64,000 nucleotides of DNA from Kiritimatiellia bacterium (GCA_050949565.1 JBMNFY010000017.1:256001-320000); one strand, 5' to 3'; positions 1-12,628 are shown, counted from the stretch's first letter. Program-made: numbers and translations. Notes: generated by a model not told the origin, from the letters alone.

Positions 1-2115
1 CTCGCTCGAAGGCATCGTCGCCACACGCACCGACCGCGTCGGCACCGGCACCAGCGACGCGAGACGACGCAAAAAGCCCTGACGCCCCGTGCCGATGAGT
101 TGCTCATCAAGCGCGGCATCGCCGCCCAGCACGCCGTCCGTCAGCAAGCGTTTGCGCGCCAGCGTCTCGATCATGCGCGCTTCGATACTGTCTCCCGTGA
201 CCAGATTGACGACCGTCACACTGCGCATCTGATGTTTGCGCCACGCCCGCGATATCCGTTGTTCCAAGCGCGCCGGATTCCACGGCAAGTCACAGTTGAT
301 CACAACACTCGCCTGTTGCAGATTCAACCCCTGCCCGCCGATGTCGGTGGAGAGGAAAACGCGGCAGTCCGCATCATTTTTGAAGCGCTGAATCTCCCGA
401 CGCCTGTTTTTCTGCGGTACCGATCCCGTATGCCACGCCGTCTCCACACCCATTTGCGTGCAACGCGTCCGCACAAGCTGCAGCATGCGCTCCCACTCTG
501 AAAAGACCAGCACTTTCACGCCGGGCGTGGAAAGCGCACTCTCCAGCAGGTCTTGAATTTCGTTGAGTTTCGGGCAAATACGGCAGGTCTCATCCAAGAT
601 GTACGGCGTGTCACACAGCATGCGCATCATCGACAGCTCGCGCTGCAAGCGGTCGGCTTCAGCTTTCGAAAGCGTCCGTGTACGTGACTGCGCCAACAGC
701 CGCGCCACGCGCTCCTCATGCACCGTGTATCGCGCGCGCTGTTCCGGATCCATCGCCACGAACACCGTGCGGTCGGTCCGGTCCGGCAGTTCCTTCTCGA
801 CATCGACCTTGCGCCGGCGCAACAAAAACGGCTGGATGCGCTCGCGCAGGAGTTGCAGATTCTTGTACCCCACCGGCCGGCCGTTCTCGTCGAGCACGTA
901 AAAATCGCGGTTAAAGCGGAAGAGCGGTCCGAGCACCTGCGGGTCCAGCATCGACATCAACGAGTAGATATCGTCAATCCGGTTCTCCAGCGGCGTGCCG
1001 GTCAACACAAAGGCGTAACGGCTCCGGATTTTTTTCACCGACTGCGCGGTCTTGGTGTTCCAGTTTTTGACACGTTGCGCTTCGTCCAGAATCACGCAGT
1101 CGGGCTTCAGCACCGTATTGATCAGTTCGATGTCACGCACGACCTGCTCGTAGTTGGTCAGCATGAAGAAGGCCGGTTGCTCATACGCCTCCTTGCGTGC
1201 GGAGCGGTCACCGAACACGGGCAGGTAAGAGAGATCGGAAAAGAGCCGGATCTGCTCCTCCCACTCGGTTTTCACAGAGGCGGGTGCCACCACCAGCACG
1301 CGCTGGACATGTCCCAGTCGATGGAGCAACGCGGCCGCAGCCACAGCTTGCGCGGTTTTGCCAAGCCCCATCTCGTCAGCCAGCAATGCGCGCTCGGTGA
1401 AGGCCAGATGCAACATGCCTTCGCGCTGATACGGCAACAGCGGCAGCTTGGTCTCCTGCGTCGGATAGCGGCCACTGCGAACCTGCTGTTCGTAGTCACG
1501 TCGCCGTCTGATCCGTTCCTCGTTACGCTGGCGCTGAGCGCGCCAAGCGGCAACCTCCTGCGAGATGCGCAGGGCGGAACGGCCATTCCTCTGAAAGACG
1601 TCCAGAACCTCCTGCTCGCCGTACTCCGGCAGGGCCAATCCGGTGATGTCGAAAAATCCACGGAGCGTCGGCGGCAACAGATTCAGGTTGCGCTCCACCA
1701 TCAGGCGTCCGGTGGCCGTATCCGGCACAAGGTCGATGCGCGTCGAGCCCCACTCCTCGGCCTGAACCAGCGCAAGCGACTCCTCGCGCAGCCACCGCAA
1801 CACCCCTTCGACATGCTTGCAGGTACCGAGCCCGTTCACACGGAAATCCACGCAGGTGCAGGCACTGACCAAGGGCGTCAGGCTGCGCAGTTCCACCTGA
1901 TAGGTCTGGCCGCTCGCCGACGCCACGCTGAAGTTAGAAAAGACCGGATGCGCGGGCGTCAGGTTGCTGAAACGCATCGGCTCCTGCGCCGCGCGTACCC
2001 TGCGCCGGTTGATCTCATCCTGATCGGTCGTGCGCCAATTACTACCTGACGGGACGTCAGGCAGATTCTCGTCAGCCACGCTCTTCGGTCGTTCCTGATT
2101 GGGGATATTGCTCAC
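1..2115 (-). CDS. SWIM zinc-finger / SNF2-family helicase (3' end runs off the window)
   Basis: Manual minus-strand translation from GTG at 2115 gives the SWIM motif CTCVDF...CKH, Walker A LLADEMGLGKT, ILDEAQRVKN and LTGTPLENR. The frame is open at position 1, so it is absent from the ORF track. Confidence 0.9.
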   Translation of the reverse strand, partial: MSNIPNQERPKSVADENLPDVPSGSNWRTTDQDEINRRRVRAAQEPMRFSNLTPAHPVFSNFSVASASGQTYQVELRSLTPLVSACTCVDFRVNGLGTCKHVEGVLRWLREESLALVQAEEWGSTRIDLVPDTATGRLMVERNLNLLPPTLRGFFDITGLALPEYGEQEVLDVFQRNGRSALRISQEVAAWRAQRQRNEERIRRRRDYEQQVRSGRYPTQETKLPLLPYQREGMLHLAFTERALLADEMGLGKTAQAVAAAALLHRLGHVQRVLVVAPASVKTEWEEQIRLFSDLSYLPVFGDRSARKEAYEQPAFFMLTNYEQVVRDIELINTVLKPDCVILDEAQRVKNWNTKTAQSVKKIRSRYAFVLTGTPLENRIDDIYSLMSMLDPQVLGPLFRFNRDFYVLDENGRPVGYKNLQLLRERIQPFLLRRRKVDVEKELPDRTDRTVFVAMDPEQRARYTVHEERVARLLAQSRTRTLSKAEADRLQRELSMMRMLCDTPYILDETCRICPKLNEIQDLLESALSTPGVKVLVFSEWERMLQLVRTRCTQMGVETAWHTGSVPQKNRRREIQRFKNDADCRVFLSTDIGGQGLNLQQASVVINCDLPWNPARLEQRISRAWRKHQMRSVTVVNLVTGDSIEARMIETLARKRLLTDGVLGGDAALDEQLIGTGRQGFLRRLASLVPVPTRSVRVATMPSSE

Positions 2116-2138
2116 GGTCCCTCACTTTCATGGGTTCG

Positions 2139-2167
2139 ATGGTAGCAGAGCAGCCGGGCAAGCGCAA
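2139..2167 (-). promoter_or_regulatory. Putative sigma70 promoter of the SNF2 gene
   Basis: TTGCGC-N17-TACCAT with an extended -10 TG, just upstream of the GTG start. Confidence 0.45.
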
Positions 2168-2269
2168 GACTCGTCAATCTTCGCGATTTGCGATTTGAGA
2201 TTCCATTTCCACCCGTAGCGTGATATTCTTCGTGACACTGACGAAAACGCCTTACGATTGGAGTCCAAC

Positions 2270-5200
2270 ATGAACGTCCTGCGAATCGTGACTGTGTGTG
2301 CCTGTTTTGCCCTGGTACAGAATGCATGGCGCGCGTGCGCCCAGACCCTCACTTGGAACTCGAATGCGCCGGACGCGGTATGGGACTCCACATCGCTCAA
2401 CTGGCTCGAAAACGGTACGCCTACCGCCTGGACGGCCGGCGCGCATGCCGTCTTTCCGGCCGCCGCATCAAGCACGTTGATCGAAGTCACCGAGGAACTC
2501 ACCGTCTCTTCGATCTCTTTTGATGTCGGCGCTTCGGGTATCACGTTGGCCGGTGTGGGACGCCTGTGGGCCACGGCCATCACGGTTACCGACGCCGCCA
2601 CCACCAATGCCGTCGCCACCGAGTTGTCCGCGCTGAGCGGACTCACGGTCACCGGCCCCGGTGCACTCGCCTTGGGCCGCGTGTCCGGCCGCGTGACGCT
2701 GGTATCCGGCACTCTTCTGGCCACAGCCTCGGATTTCGCTACCGCGATCGTCCATGTCGAAGGCGGTACGTTGCAGACGCTCGGCGCGCCAGACCGCGCC
2801 CACAATCTGTTGGCCAACGACTCGTTCGAAGAGCCTTCGCTGGATGCCAACTCCTACAAGTACGTCGCCGCCGGCGGGAACGGCGTCATTGCATCATGGG
2901 GGACCACCCTCGGGGGATTCATCGCACGTTGCTACCCGACAACGCCGACGTCCACCTGGATCTCGGGCGGTTCGGTCCCCGACGGCAACCACGTCCTGAT
3001 CGTCCAGCGCCACGGCTCAGTCACCCAGTCCTTCCATGTGGCCACGTCCGGCTTCTATCAGCTTGCATTCGACCATTTCCGGCGTCGCGGCTTTCCGCCG
3101 CACCTGATCACGCCCTCCATCGACGGCAAACGCCTCCCTCCGATCCTGACAGTCAATGACCAATTCGACACCGCCCACTACACCTCGGTGCCGGTCTACC
3201 TGAACGCTGGCACGCATATCGTCGGCTTCAAGGGTTGTGGCACCTGGTACGACTCATCCACCATGATCGACCTCGCGATTATTGCCCCGCTTTCGACCAC
3301 CCAACCCTGCCGCGCACTCGGCGTGGACTCCTCGGTCACGCTGGCGACCGGCGGCGCCGCGCTGCTCAATCACGCCGGCAACCTGCCGCTGACGTTCTTG
3401 GATGTCGCCGGCAACGTGACAGGCCCCGGCACCTGGTCCGCCTCGACCCATGCCTACGCCTATGACAGTGCTTGGTCGCCGTCGGCACCAGTCGATGACG
3501 TCTCCGCGACACTCGCGTTCCACGGCGATGCATCGGTCCCCTCCGCACTCGCCCGTCATTTACTGATTGCCGAGCCCGCCACGATCAGTGGAGCGGGTGT
3601 CACGCTTTCCAATCTCGTGGCCACTTTCGATGCCACGCCCCGCCTCACCGCATTCGCGCCGGCCACCTTCTCGCTCCCGCTGGCAGTGCCGGTGGTCGCG
3701 TCAGGCGACCCGGACATCACCAGCGAGGCGAACACACACCCGTTCTCGCTCTTCATCGATGCCGCAGCGCCGGTGACCCTCAACGCTCTCACCAACCACC
3801 GCTATGCGGCCTTCGTCAAGACCGGTCCCGCCGCTGTCACCTTAAAGCAGCCGCTCAATAGCGCCCCCAACACGGACCGACCGCAAGCCGGATTCACTGT
3901 TTTCGACGGCGAACTGATCTTGCCTGCGTTTGTCACCAGTAGCGCCACACCCAATGAAACCTTCATCCACGCATTGCCGGCCCGCCGCGCCGCCCTGACG
4001 CTCACGCAGGACTCGCAGTTCCGCGGCGGCAATATTGTGCTGGGCGGCGACGGCGTTCCGTCGCTGAACATCCTTGCCCCCGTACACAACACTGGACGCA
4101 CCCTGCTGCATGCCACCTTGAACACGCTGCAGATCGCCGACGGTGTCCTCTATTCGACTGCCTGCCTCGCGCGCAACATCTATGTCTCCGACATCACCGG
4201 CAAAGGCGCATTGCTCAAAACCGGTACCGGCATCTTGGAGGTGCGCGGCGTGCCGCCAGGCTCCAGTATCCCCGGCTATCTCGGACAAACCATCATCCGC
4301 GCCGGGACGCTCCGCATCTTGGCGGATGACAACCCGGCCGGCAACGGCGGTGCGCTCGGCCAGACCCCGGCTTCTGTCCCGATCCTGCTCGGCGACGCGC
4401 TCACCGGTGCCGGTGACGCCCCGACACTGGAACTGGCCGGCAATGCTTCGCTCGTCGCCCACGACATCACCGTTACCGACGTACCACCCGCACAGGCCAC
4501 GCTGGCACTGGACGCCGTGCCTGCCGCTCGTTATACCGGTTCTGTGACCCTGCACGGCGCGCTCCGACTCCGCGCCCCCGCAAACGCCTCGATCACCTTC
4601 AATACGCTTTCCGCGCCCACCGCGCCGCAGCCGTTGCTTCTCGACGGCGTCGCCAGCCTGACCGTGAACAACGCCTCCGGCGTCACGCTGAACCTCGCCG
4701 ACCGCAACCTGACCCTTTCACCCGGTACCGCCGCACCCACTGCGTTTCACACGCTGACCGCCGACCGCGCCGATTTCACCTTTGAGTTCTCCGCCACCAA
4801 CGACACCGTGGTCGCCAACGCGCTGGTCTTGTCCAACGTGACCGTCAAAGCGATGTATGCCGGTACCGACCTGCCGTTTTCGGAGCCCGGCACGTATCTC
4901 CTTTTCACGGCCCCCAGCCTTACCGCCAATCCGGACGCATTCACGGTCAGCAATCCGGTTGAAGGGTTCACCTACGCGTTCAACCGCGCAGGCGACAACA
5001 TCATGCTGACAATCAACGCCGATGCCGGCAACCCCGCCACCTTCTGGACTCATCCGACATCCGGCGATTTCGCCACCGCCGCCAACTGGAGCGGCGGTAC
5101 CGTGCCCGACGCCGCTGCCGACGCCACGCTCGGCTCGGCGATCACAAACGACGCCGTCGTGACGCTCACTGCGCCCGCCGCTGTCAACTCTTTGCGCATC

Positions 5201-8200
5201 GTGCATCCCGACGCCCGTTACACAGTGGCCGGTAGCGCCGCAACGCCGCTCACGCTCGGCAGCCTTGCCATCGATGACGGCAGCCACACCATCAGCGCGC
5301 ACCTCCAGCCGTCCGGCACCGGACCGCTCCCCATCACCCAGACACCAGGTGCCTCGCTGACCTTCTCGGACACCGTCTTACACGGTGGACTGGCAGGCAC
5401 GCCCACAATCACGCTCGCAGGAACCACGGCGCTTACTCTGACCGGCAGCGGCTTCTCCGCCACCCATGACGGACCGCTCGCGGGAACGGGCACACTGACC
5501 CTCGACGCCTCCGGTGCGACCCAGACACTGGCCAACCGCTCCGCGCTCGCGCAAACGCCGCTCGCGGTCAACGCGGGCACGCTCGCGCTGGACGCATCGC
5601 AGTTCAACGCGCCAGCCACGCTGGCGTCCGGCACCACCCTTGCCGCCGCATCCCCCACGACCAACGGTCTGACCGCCTTCTGGTACAACGGCAACTACAC
5701 TAACGCCGTGCTCAGCCGCGCGGCGCTTGAAGCGGCCGCCGCAGGCACGCCAGCCGCCGTCTCCATCCTTTCGGGCACAGACGGCATCTTCACCTTCTCC
5801 GACCTGCGTCCATTGGCCCCGCGCAATGATTGGTGGCTGCTGGTGCTGCGCGGCACCCTTCACATCCCCGAAGCCGGTGATTATCTGTTCCATCTTGAGA
5901 CCGATGACTACGGTTACCTCGGAATCGACGGACGCGACATTGCCACCAAGACACCCTGCGGCCTCTCCCACGCGCATGCCGGTCACCTTACGGCCGGTTC
6001 TCACGACATCCTCATTGGCCTCTCACAAATGACGGGCAACGCTTATCTGCGCATCCAGACCTCGCGCATGTTCACGTCCAAGACCGCGCTCCCGACCGCT
6101 TGGCTCACACCGCTCTCGTCGCTTTCGACTGTCAGCGGCGCGAGTTCACTCAATATCGCGAACGACGCGCACCTGCGCCTCACCTACGGCGGTGCCGGCT
6201 ATCCGCAGACAGGCGGCGTAGGCTCGGCGATCCCGTACTTCTCCGCTGTGCGCCCCCTCCTCTCCGGCAATGCAACCACCGTGTTCAATAAGCAGGGCAC
6301 GCTGGATATCGTCACCCTCGCCGCAGCCGCCGCAGACGGTTTCGCGGGACGCTTCGTAAACGGCGCGGGACGCACCACACTCGCGGCGCCCGCCATTCTG
6401 GCCCCATCCGCCCGAATCTCGCTGTACGACGACACCACGTTCACGCTGACCGCCGACCAAACTGCGGCCTCCCTCTCCGGCACGGGCGGTCTCTCCTTCG
6501 GCGCACCGGCTACGATCACGATCATCCACAATGACGATGACTGCGACATCTCAGCAGACAAGACTTACACGCACGCCATCGATTTCGGCACTAACAGCGG
6601 TCTCGCGGTGGGCGACATCAACGGTGTTCCTTTCCTCTCCACGTCCGCTACCTCTGGCACCTGCACCGGCACGGACGGTCGTACCTACGGATTCAAAGGC
6701 ATGCCGTCGCTCGGCCACGCAGGTAACGACCGCACCGCCGCCTCCGGCAAGCTGCACAAGCTCCTCTATGATATGAACATAGAGGGGCGAAACTTGACCT
6801 GTGAACTCAACGGTCTCGCACCGGACAAGACCTACGAACTGCGCATCTACCAGCGCTCGTGGAACGGGGTCAGTGTCAACGATAGCCGTAATCAACTCCT
6901 CGGCTTCATCGTCAACGATATCGGCCGGATCGATCACCAGTTCTCGTTCAGCGCCGACCTGACAAACACCGCCTACTATGTGGCCTACCGCTACCGCCCG
7001 TCGCCCTCCGGTGCACTGCGCGTGCGGCTCACGCCTCATATGCACAACAACACCTTGCACCTTTACGGGCTCACGAACGAAGAGGTGCCGAGCCGGCATC
7101 GCGTCTCCCGACGCCGACCGCCACGCTCACGCTCGCGCCGCCCGCCGACGAGTCGGCCCATTATGCCGGCGCGGTCGTCGGCAACGGCGCGGTCACGGTG
7201 GCCGGCCCCGGCACCCAGATCTTCTCCGGCCCCAACATCTCCTCCGGCGGCCTCACCATCACCGGCGGTGCTGCCGCGCTACATGCCGGCGCCATCATCG
7301 ACAGCTCTGCCTCCGTCCAAACTCCGGGCGCGTTGCATACTGCGGGTCCGGTCGAGATCAACGGACTCAGCGGCAACGGCGCGCTCGCCCTCGGCCTGCC
7401 AGCCCCCGGTGACACCGCCCCCTCGACACCCTATCTCGTCTTTCTCTCGACGGACGCCTCCACCGGCATTTCGACGGACAAGACCTACACCCACCTCTAC
7501 GATCTAGGCAGCGCGAATCCCGCCACCATCAACGGCGTCGCGTTCACCAAGGTGACCGGCAATACAGGCACCTTCTCGGCGTCTCCGGCCCTCCAGTCGC
7601 ACAGCGGCGCCTCGTTCACCGGTTCAGCACGAGGCCCCGTCCCGGCCGACTCCGCCCTTTACACACTGCTGTTCGACATGTGCTATGTAGGCGGGGCTGA
7701 TCCCGCACCCAAGAATACGACACTGACCATCGCCGGACTCACACCGGGACGTCCGTACGAGTTGCGCATCTATAACCGTTCGTGGGGCTGGAACAGCAAC
7801 CGCCAGCAGTTTATCGACTTCTGCAGCACACTGGATGGAAGTTACCGCGACAGCTTCTTCTTCAACCCGGACGCGCTGGCACCCAACGCGCTGGTTTACC
7901 GCTACGTTCCGCAAAGTACCACGCTGAGCATCCGTGTCTCGAACACGACCAATAACAACGGCTGGCACCTCTACGCATTGACCAACGAAGACCTCAGCGA
8001 CTCGGACGCGACGGACGGTGGCCTGACGGTCGCTATCCCGGCAGACCGCACCGATACCTTCGCGGGCACGTTGGCCGGTCCCGCCCCGTTGACAAAGAGC
8101 GGCGCAGGCGGCCTGATGTTGACCGGCTCCTCGACTGCAAACGGTCCGATGACCATCGCCGCAGGCGGATTCGGCACAGCATTCACGAACGACGCCCCGC

Positions 8201-8508
8201 TCACGACCGGCCCGGTCACATTCGCGGCCGGCACCGCGTATCTCTGGGACTGGAACGCCGTCGGCGCGGGCGGCACGTTGACCGCAGGCAGAATCGTCCT
8301 GCCGGACGCCTTCACGATCATGGCGGCGCAGGGCGGCCAACCGCCCGCCCGCTGGCCGGTCTTGGTTTCGGAAGACGCGCCCCTCGGGACGCCCCTCGAA
8401 TCGATCACGCTCGTCGGTTTCCCGAACTCCGTAAAGGCCGAATATTCCGCCGACGGACGCACCCTTCTCCTGACCAATCAGCGCGGCACCGTCATGACTA
8501 TTCAATAG
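2270..8508 (+). CDS. Giant secreted protein (~2080 aa) with autotransporter-associated beta-strand (PATR) repeats, a PA14 domain and a duplicated ~180-aa domain; -1 frameshift near 7090
   Basis: Signal peptide MNVLRIVTVCACFALVQNAWRACA; PATR repeats (LLKTGTGILEV, LTKSGAGGLMLTGS); PA14-like FHLETDDYGYLGIDG. ORFs 2258..7507 and 7198..8508 join into one sensible reading frame across ~7088-7095. Confidence 0.8.
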
Positions 8509-8665
8509 CCGGACGGCAAAGATTCGTCTTTCTCCTTTGGGGAGGGCGAGCGTCCTTACGAGTCGCCTGAGCAAACGACCAAGGGGGACCCCTGATTTTC
8601 ATGGAGTTTCATGTGTTTCATGGTCCACTTGGACGTTGAACATTTCGACATCCAGCGTTCTATCC

Positions 8666-8694
8666 TTGCAAATTTCCTCTTCTTATCTTACCAT
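8666..8694 (+). promoter_or_regulatory. Putative sigma70 promoter of the BspA-like gene
   Basis: TTGCAA-N17-TACCAT, 50 nt upstream of ATG 8744. Confidence 0.5.
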
Positions 8695-8743
8695 GCCCGC
8701 AAATTCTTTGTTTGCTGTATGACTACTCACCGAAAGGACGGCC

Positions 8744-11613
8744 ATGAACTACGTTGTTTCTCTCTTCACGTGCTCGCCCCGCTCACTGCGTCTCCGCGTT
8801 TTCGCGCTCGCGTACGCTTTTCTGCTATTCCCCCTCGTCTTGTCCGCCGACACCTACGGTGACTACACCTACACTGTCAGCGGTGGAAAGGCCACCATCA
8901 CCGGCTACAGCGGCCCCGGCGGTACCGTCACCATCCCTTCCACCATCGGTTCCGGCAACTATCCCGTCACCGCCATCGGCGACATGGCTTTCTTCTGGAA
9001 ATCATCCCTGACATCCGTCACCATCCCCAATAGCGTCACACACATCGGCGAACACGCCTTCGCCCTGTGTGAATCCCTGACATCCGTCGATATCCCAAAC
9101 AGCGTCACACACATCGGCGGAAGCGCCTTCTCCAGTTGCGCGTCACTCGCCTCCGTCTTCATCCCCGCCAGCGTCACATCCATCGGCGACGATGCCTTCA
9201 CCAGTTGCGCGTCCCTCACAAGCATCTCCGTCTCCCCAAGCAACGATGACTACGCCAGCGTCGACGGCGTCCTGCTCAACAAAGCCTGCACCGAACTGAT
9301 CCGGTGTCCCAATGCGTATTCCGGCCCCTTCACCATCCCCAACAGCGTCATCCATATCCGGGACGGTGCCTTCGGTGGATGCAGATTCCTCACCTCTGTT
9401 ACTATGGGCGGCAGTGTCAGGTATATCGGCAAATCCGCTTTCTCCGGCACCTACTCCCTCACCTCCGTTACCACCATTCCCGCCAGCGTCGTCGACATCG
9501 GCGAATACGCTTTCTATGACTGTCGCTCACTCACAGCCATCGACGTCGCTCCGGCCAACCAGCACTACGCCAGCATTGACGGCGTTCTGCTCAACAAAGC
9601 CCGCTCCCAACTGATCCAGTGCCCCGGTGCCTATTCCGGCTTTTTCACCATCCCCAACACGACCACCGATATCGGTCGGTACGCATTCCATGAGTGCGCC
9701 GACCTCACCTCGGTCTCCATCCCTAACAGCGTCGTCGACATCGGCTTCAGAGCCTTCTACCACTGCACCTCGCTCACAGCCGTCGCCATCCCCAGCAGCG
9801 TCACCAACATCGGCGAGAAAGCCTTCTACGACTGTACCTCGCTCACCGCCATCGACGTCGCCTCAGCGAACTTGCACTACGCCAGCGCAAGCGGCGTCCT
9901 CTTCAACAAAACCCGCACCGAACTGATCCAATGCCCCGGTGCTTTCTCCGGCCCTTTCGACATTCCCAGTAGCGTCACCCATGTCGTCGCGGAAGCCTTC
10001 TACAACTGCGCCTCGCTCACCGCCATCTACGTCGATCCGGCCAACCAGCACTACGCCAGCACAAGCGGCGTCCTGCTCAACAAGGCCCGCACCGAATTGA
10101 TCACATGCCCTGGCGCTTACTCCGGCCCCTTCAACATTCCCGGCAGCGTCACCAATATCGGCCGGTGCGCCTTCTACAACTGCTCCGGCCTCTCTTCGGT
10201 CAACATCGGCAGTAGTGTCACCAATATCGGCTCATACGCCTTCTTCGGTTGTACATCCCTCACCTCCGCCGCCATCCCCGACAGTGTCACAAGCATCGGC
10301 TTCAGTACTTTCTCCGGCTGTTCATCCCTCACCACCGTCACCATCGGCAGCGGCGTTATATCTACGACGCCACCTTCACCGACTGCGCCTCCCTCTCATC
10401 CGTCATCTTCACCGGCAACGCCCCGGTACTTGGCGAAGGCTATGCCTTCCCTGGGACTCCCGACACGCTCATGATCTACTACCTTTCCGAAACCACCGGA
10501 TGGTCGCCGACTTTCGCCGGCGTCCCGACCAAAGAGATCCCGCTCTCGTACGAACACACCCATTCCGACACACAAATCAGGATCACGGACCTCGCCGACT
10601 GGTATGCCGGCCATCTCCCCCTGCCGCCAACCTTGAGCGGCCGTCCCGTCACCGCCATCGCCGCCTACGCCTTCTACAACTGCACCAACCTCACCTCCGT
10701 CACCATCCCGGCCAGCGTCGCATCCATCGGCAACGACGCCTTCTTCAGTTGTTCGTCCCTCACAAGCATCGGCGTTGCGGCGCACAATGACACCTACGCC
10801 AGCATCGACGGCGTCCTGTTCGACAAGCCCCTTGAGACGCTGATCGTATGCCCCGGCGGGTTTTCCGGCTCCTTCACCCTCCCCGACAGCACCGCCAACA
10901 TCGGCGAATTCGCCTTCACCTACTGCAAGGCACTGACCGCCGTCACCATCGGCCGCAGCGTCACCGGCATCGACGAAAACGCCTTCGGTGGCAACCCATC
11001 CCTCACAAGCATCAACGTCCACGCCGCGAACCAGCACTATGCCAGTATCGACGGCGTCCTGTTCGACAAGGCTCTTGAGACGCTGATCACATGCCCCGGA
11101 GGGCGCATCGGCTCCTACACCATCCCCGACGGCACCACCCATATCGGCGAAGACGCCTTCGAATCCTGTGAGTTCCTCTCCTCCGTCACCGTCCCCGCCA
11201 GCGTCACATCCATCGGCGGCGACGCTTTCCAACGGTGTCCCATCCTCACCGCCGTCCTCTTCACCGGCGACGCCCCGACCCCCGGCTACTCCGTCTTCTA
11301 CGACACGCCCGCCACGGTCTACTACCTGCCCGGCAAAAACGGCTGGACATCTTCCACCTTCGCCGGCCGCCCCGCCGTCTGCTGGAACCCCGTCTTCAGT
11401 TCGGCGACGCCCGCCTCCGGCGCGTTCAGCTTAACCCTCAGCGGCAACGCCAACGCTTCCCTTACCGTCTACATCGAAGCCAGCGAAAGCCTCACGTCCC
11501 CGGACTGGGTCATCCTTGATCGCATCACCATCCCCGCCGGCGGCACCGTCACCTTCACCGACACCGATTTCGGTACCTATCCCGCGCGCTTCTACCGCGT
11601 CACTTTGCCGTAG
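8744..11613 (+). CDS. BspA-type (LRR_5) leucine-rich repeat surface protein with a C-terminal 'RFYRV' domain; -1 frameshift near 10360
   Basis: Many LTSVTIPxSVTxIGxxAFxxC repeats with YASIDGVLxNK inserts, and an N-terminal signal. The repeat register continues from ORF 8744..10474 into ORF 10249..11613 at GSGVI/YDATFTDC. Confidence 0.88.
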
Positions 11614-11663
11614 TAACTTGGGCGTTGAAGCGCACGGCACGTTATGGCAGAATACGCGCCCAA

Positions 11664-12569
11664 ATGGTCAGAGCAGGGTCTGTCATCAAATTGGAAGCGT
11701 ATGCCAAGATCAACCTGACGCTGGAGATCTTGGGCAAGCGGCCGGACGGTTACCACGAGCTGCGCAGCATCGTGATGCCCGTCACGTTGTCCGATACCAT
11801 CGCGCTCACCTCCACCTACGCGCAGACCGCGATGACGATCACCGCCGGGCCGGGAGTGGACCTCAGCAAGATCGGTTCGATGGAGCACAATCTGGCGGTG
11901 CGCGCCGCGCGTCTGATGCAGCTTCGCTATCAGGTCAATGCTGGCGCGCGCATCCACATTCACAAACGCATCCCGATCGGCGGCGGACTGGGAGGCGGCA
12001 GCGCGGATGCCGCCGGAGTGATCGTGGGGCTGGACCGCCTCTGGGAACTGGGACGCCCGCGCACGGAGCTGATGGCGCTGGGCGCGGAGCTGGGCAGCGA
12101 CATTCCTGCGCTGATCCACGGTGGCGCCGTACTGATGGAGGGGCGCGGCGAGCGCGTGCGGGGGCTCTTCGAGGGCACGCCGACGCCGTCCTGCCAAGGC
12201 TTCTGGCTGGTCATCGCCAACCCCGGGATCATGTGTTCCACGCCCGAGGTTTTCAGAAAATGGAGAGGAGGCTTGACTGCAAGCCCCCTCCTTCTCCATA
12301 ATATGACCTCTTCTATCCGTACCAGCGACGTCTCGGCTGCGGCGCTGGCGCTTCATAACGGTTTGCAACCGGCGGTCTACGAAAGTTACCCCGGTGTTGC
12401 CCAGACGGCCGCCCGGCTTCAGGAGGCGGGCTGCTTGGGTGTTTTGCTTTCCGGTAGCGGGGCGTCGGTGTTCGGGCTGGCAAGGGACGAGGCGCACGGG
12501 CGGGAGATCAGCCGGCGGCTGGGCGCCGGCATGTGGCACGTTGTGGCACAAACCTGCCCGGTGGTGTAA
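11664..12569 (+). CDS. ispE: 4-diphosphocytidyl-2-C-methyl-D-erythritol kinase
   Basis: AKINLTLEILGKRPDGYHEL, IPIGGGLGGGSAD, LGSD and LSGSGAS motifs; conserved ispE-tRNAGln-prs context. Confidence 0.95.
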   Translation: MVRAGSVIKLEAYAKINLTLEILGKRPDGYHELRSIVMPVTLSDTIALTSTYAQTAMTITAGPGVDLSKIGSMEHNLAVRAARLMQLRYQVNAGARIHIHKRIPIGGGLGGGSADAAGVIVGLDRLWELGRPRTELMALGAELGSDIPALIHGGAVLMEGRGERVRGLFEGTPTPSCQGFWLVIANPGIMCSTPEVFRKWRGGLTASPLLLHNMTSSIRTSDVSAAALALHNGLQPAVYESYPGVAQTAARLQEAGCLGVLLSGSGASVFGLARDEAHGREISRRLGAGMWHVVAQTCPVV

Positions 12570-12628
12570 TGGCAGCACAAGAGACTTTGACTCTCTCGGA
12601 GGTGGTTCGAATCCACCCCGGGCAACCA
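12555..12628 (+). tRNA. tRNA-Gln (anticodon UUG)
   Basis: Acceptor stem TGCCCGG/CCGGGCA, anticodon arm AGAGA-CTTTGAC-TCTCT, T arm GGTGG-TTCGAAT-CCACC, encoded CCA. Confidence 0.97.

Noticed and set aside
718-2049. 443-aa plus-strand ORF (and 100..501)
   Set aside because: Antisense shadow of the SWIM-SNF2 gene, which carries clear helicase motifs.
8744-11613. Diversity-generating retroelement target/template repeats
   Set aside because: The repeats are in-frame LRR units, I saw no adenine-restricted difference pattern, and no reverse transcriptase is present.
12555-12628. tRNA as an integration site for a prophage or island
   Set aside because: No duplicated tRNA 3' end, integrase or phage genes seen; prs follows directly.
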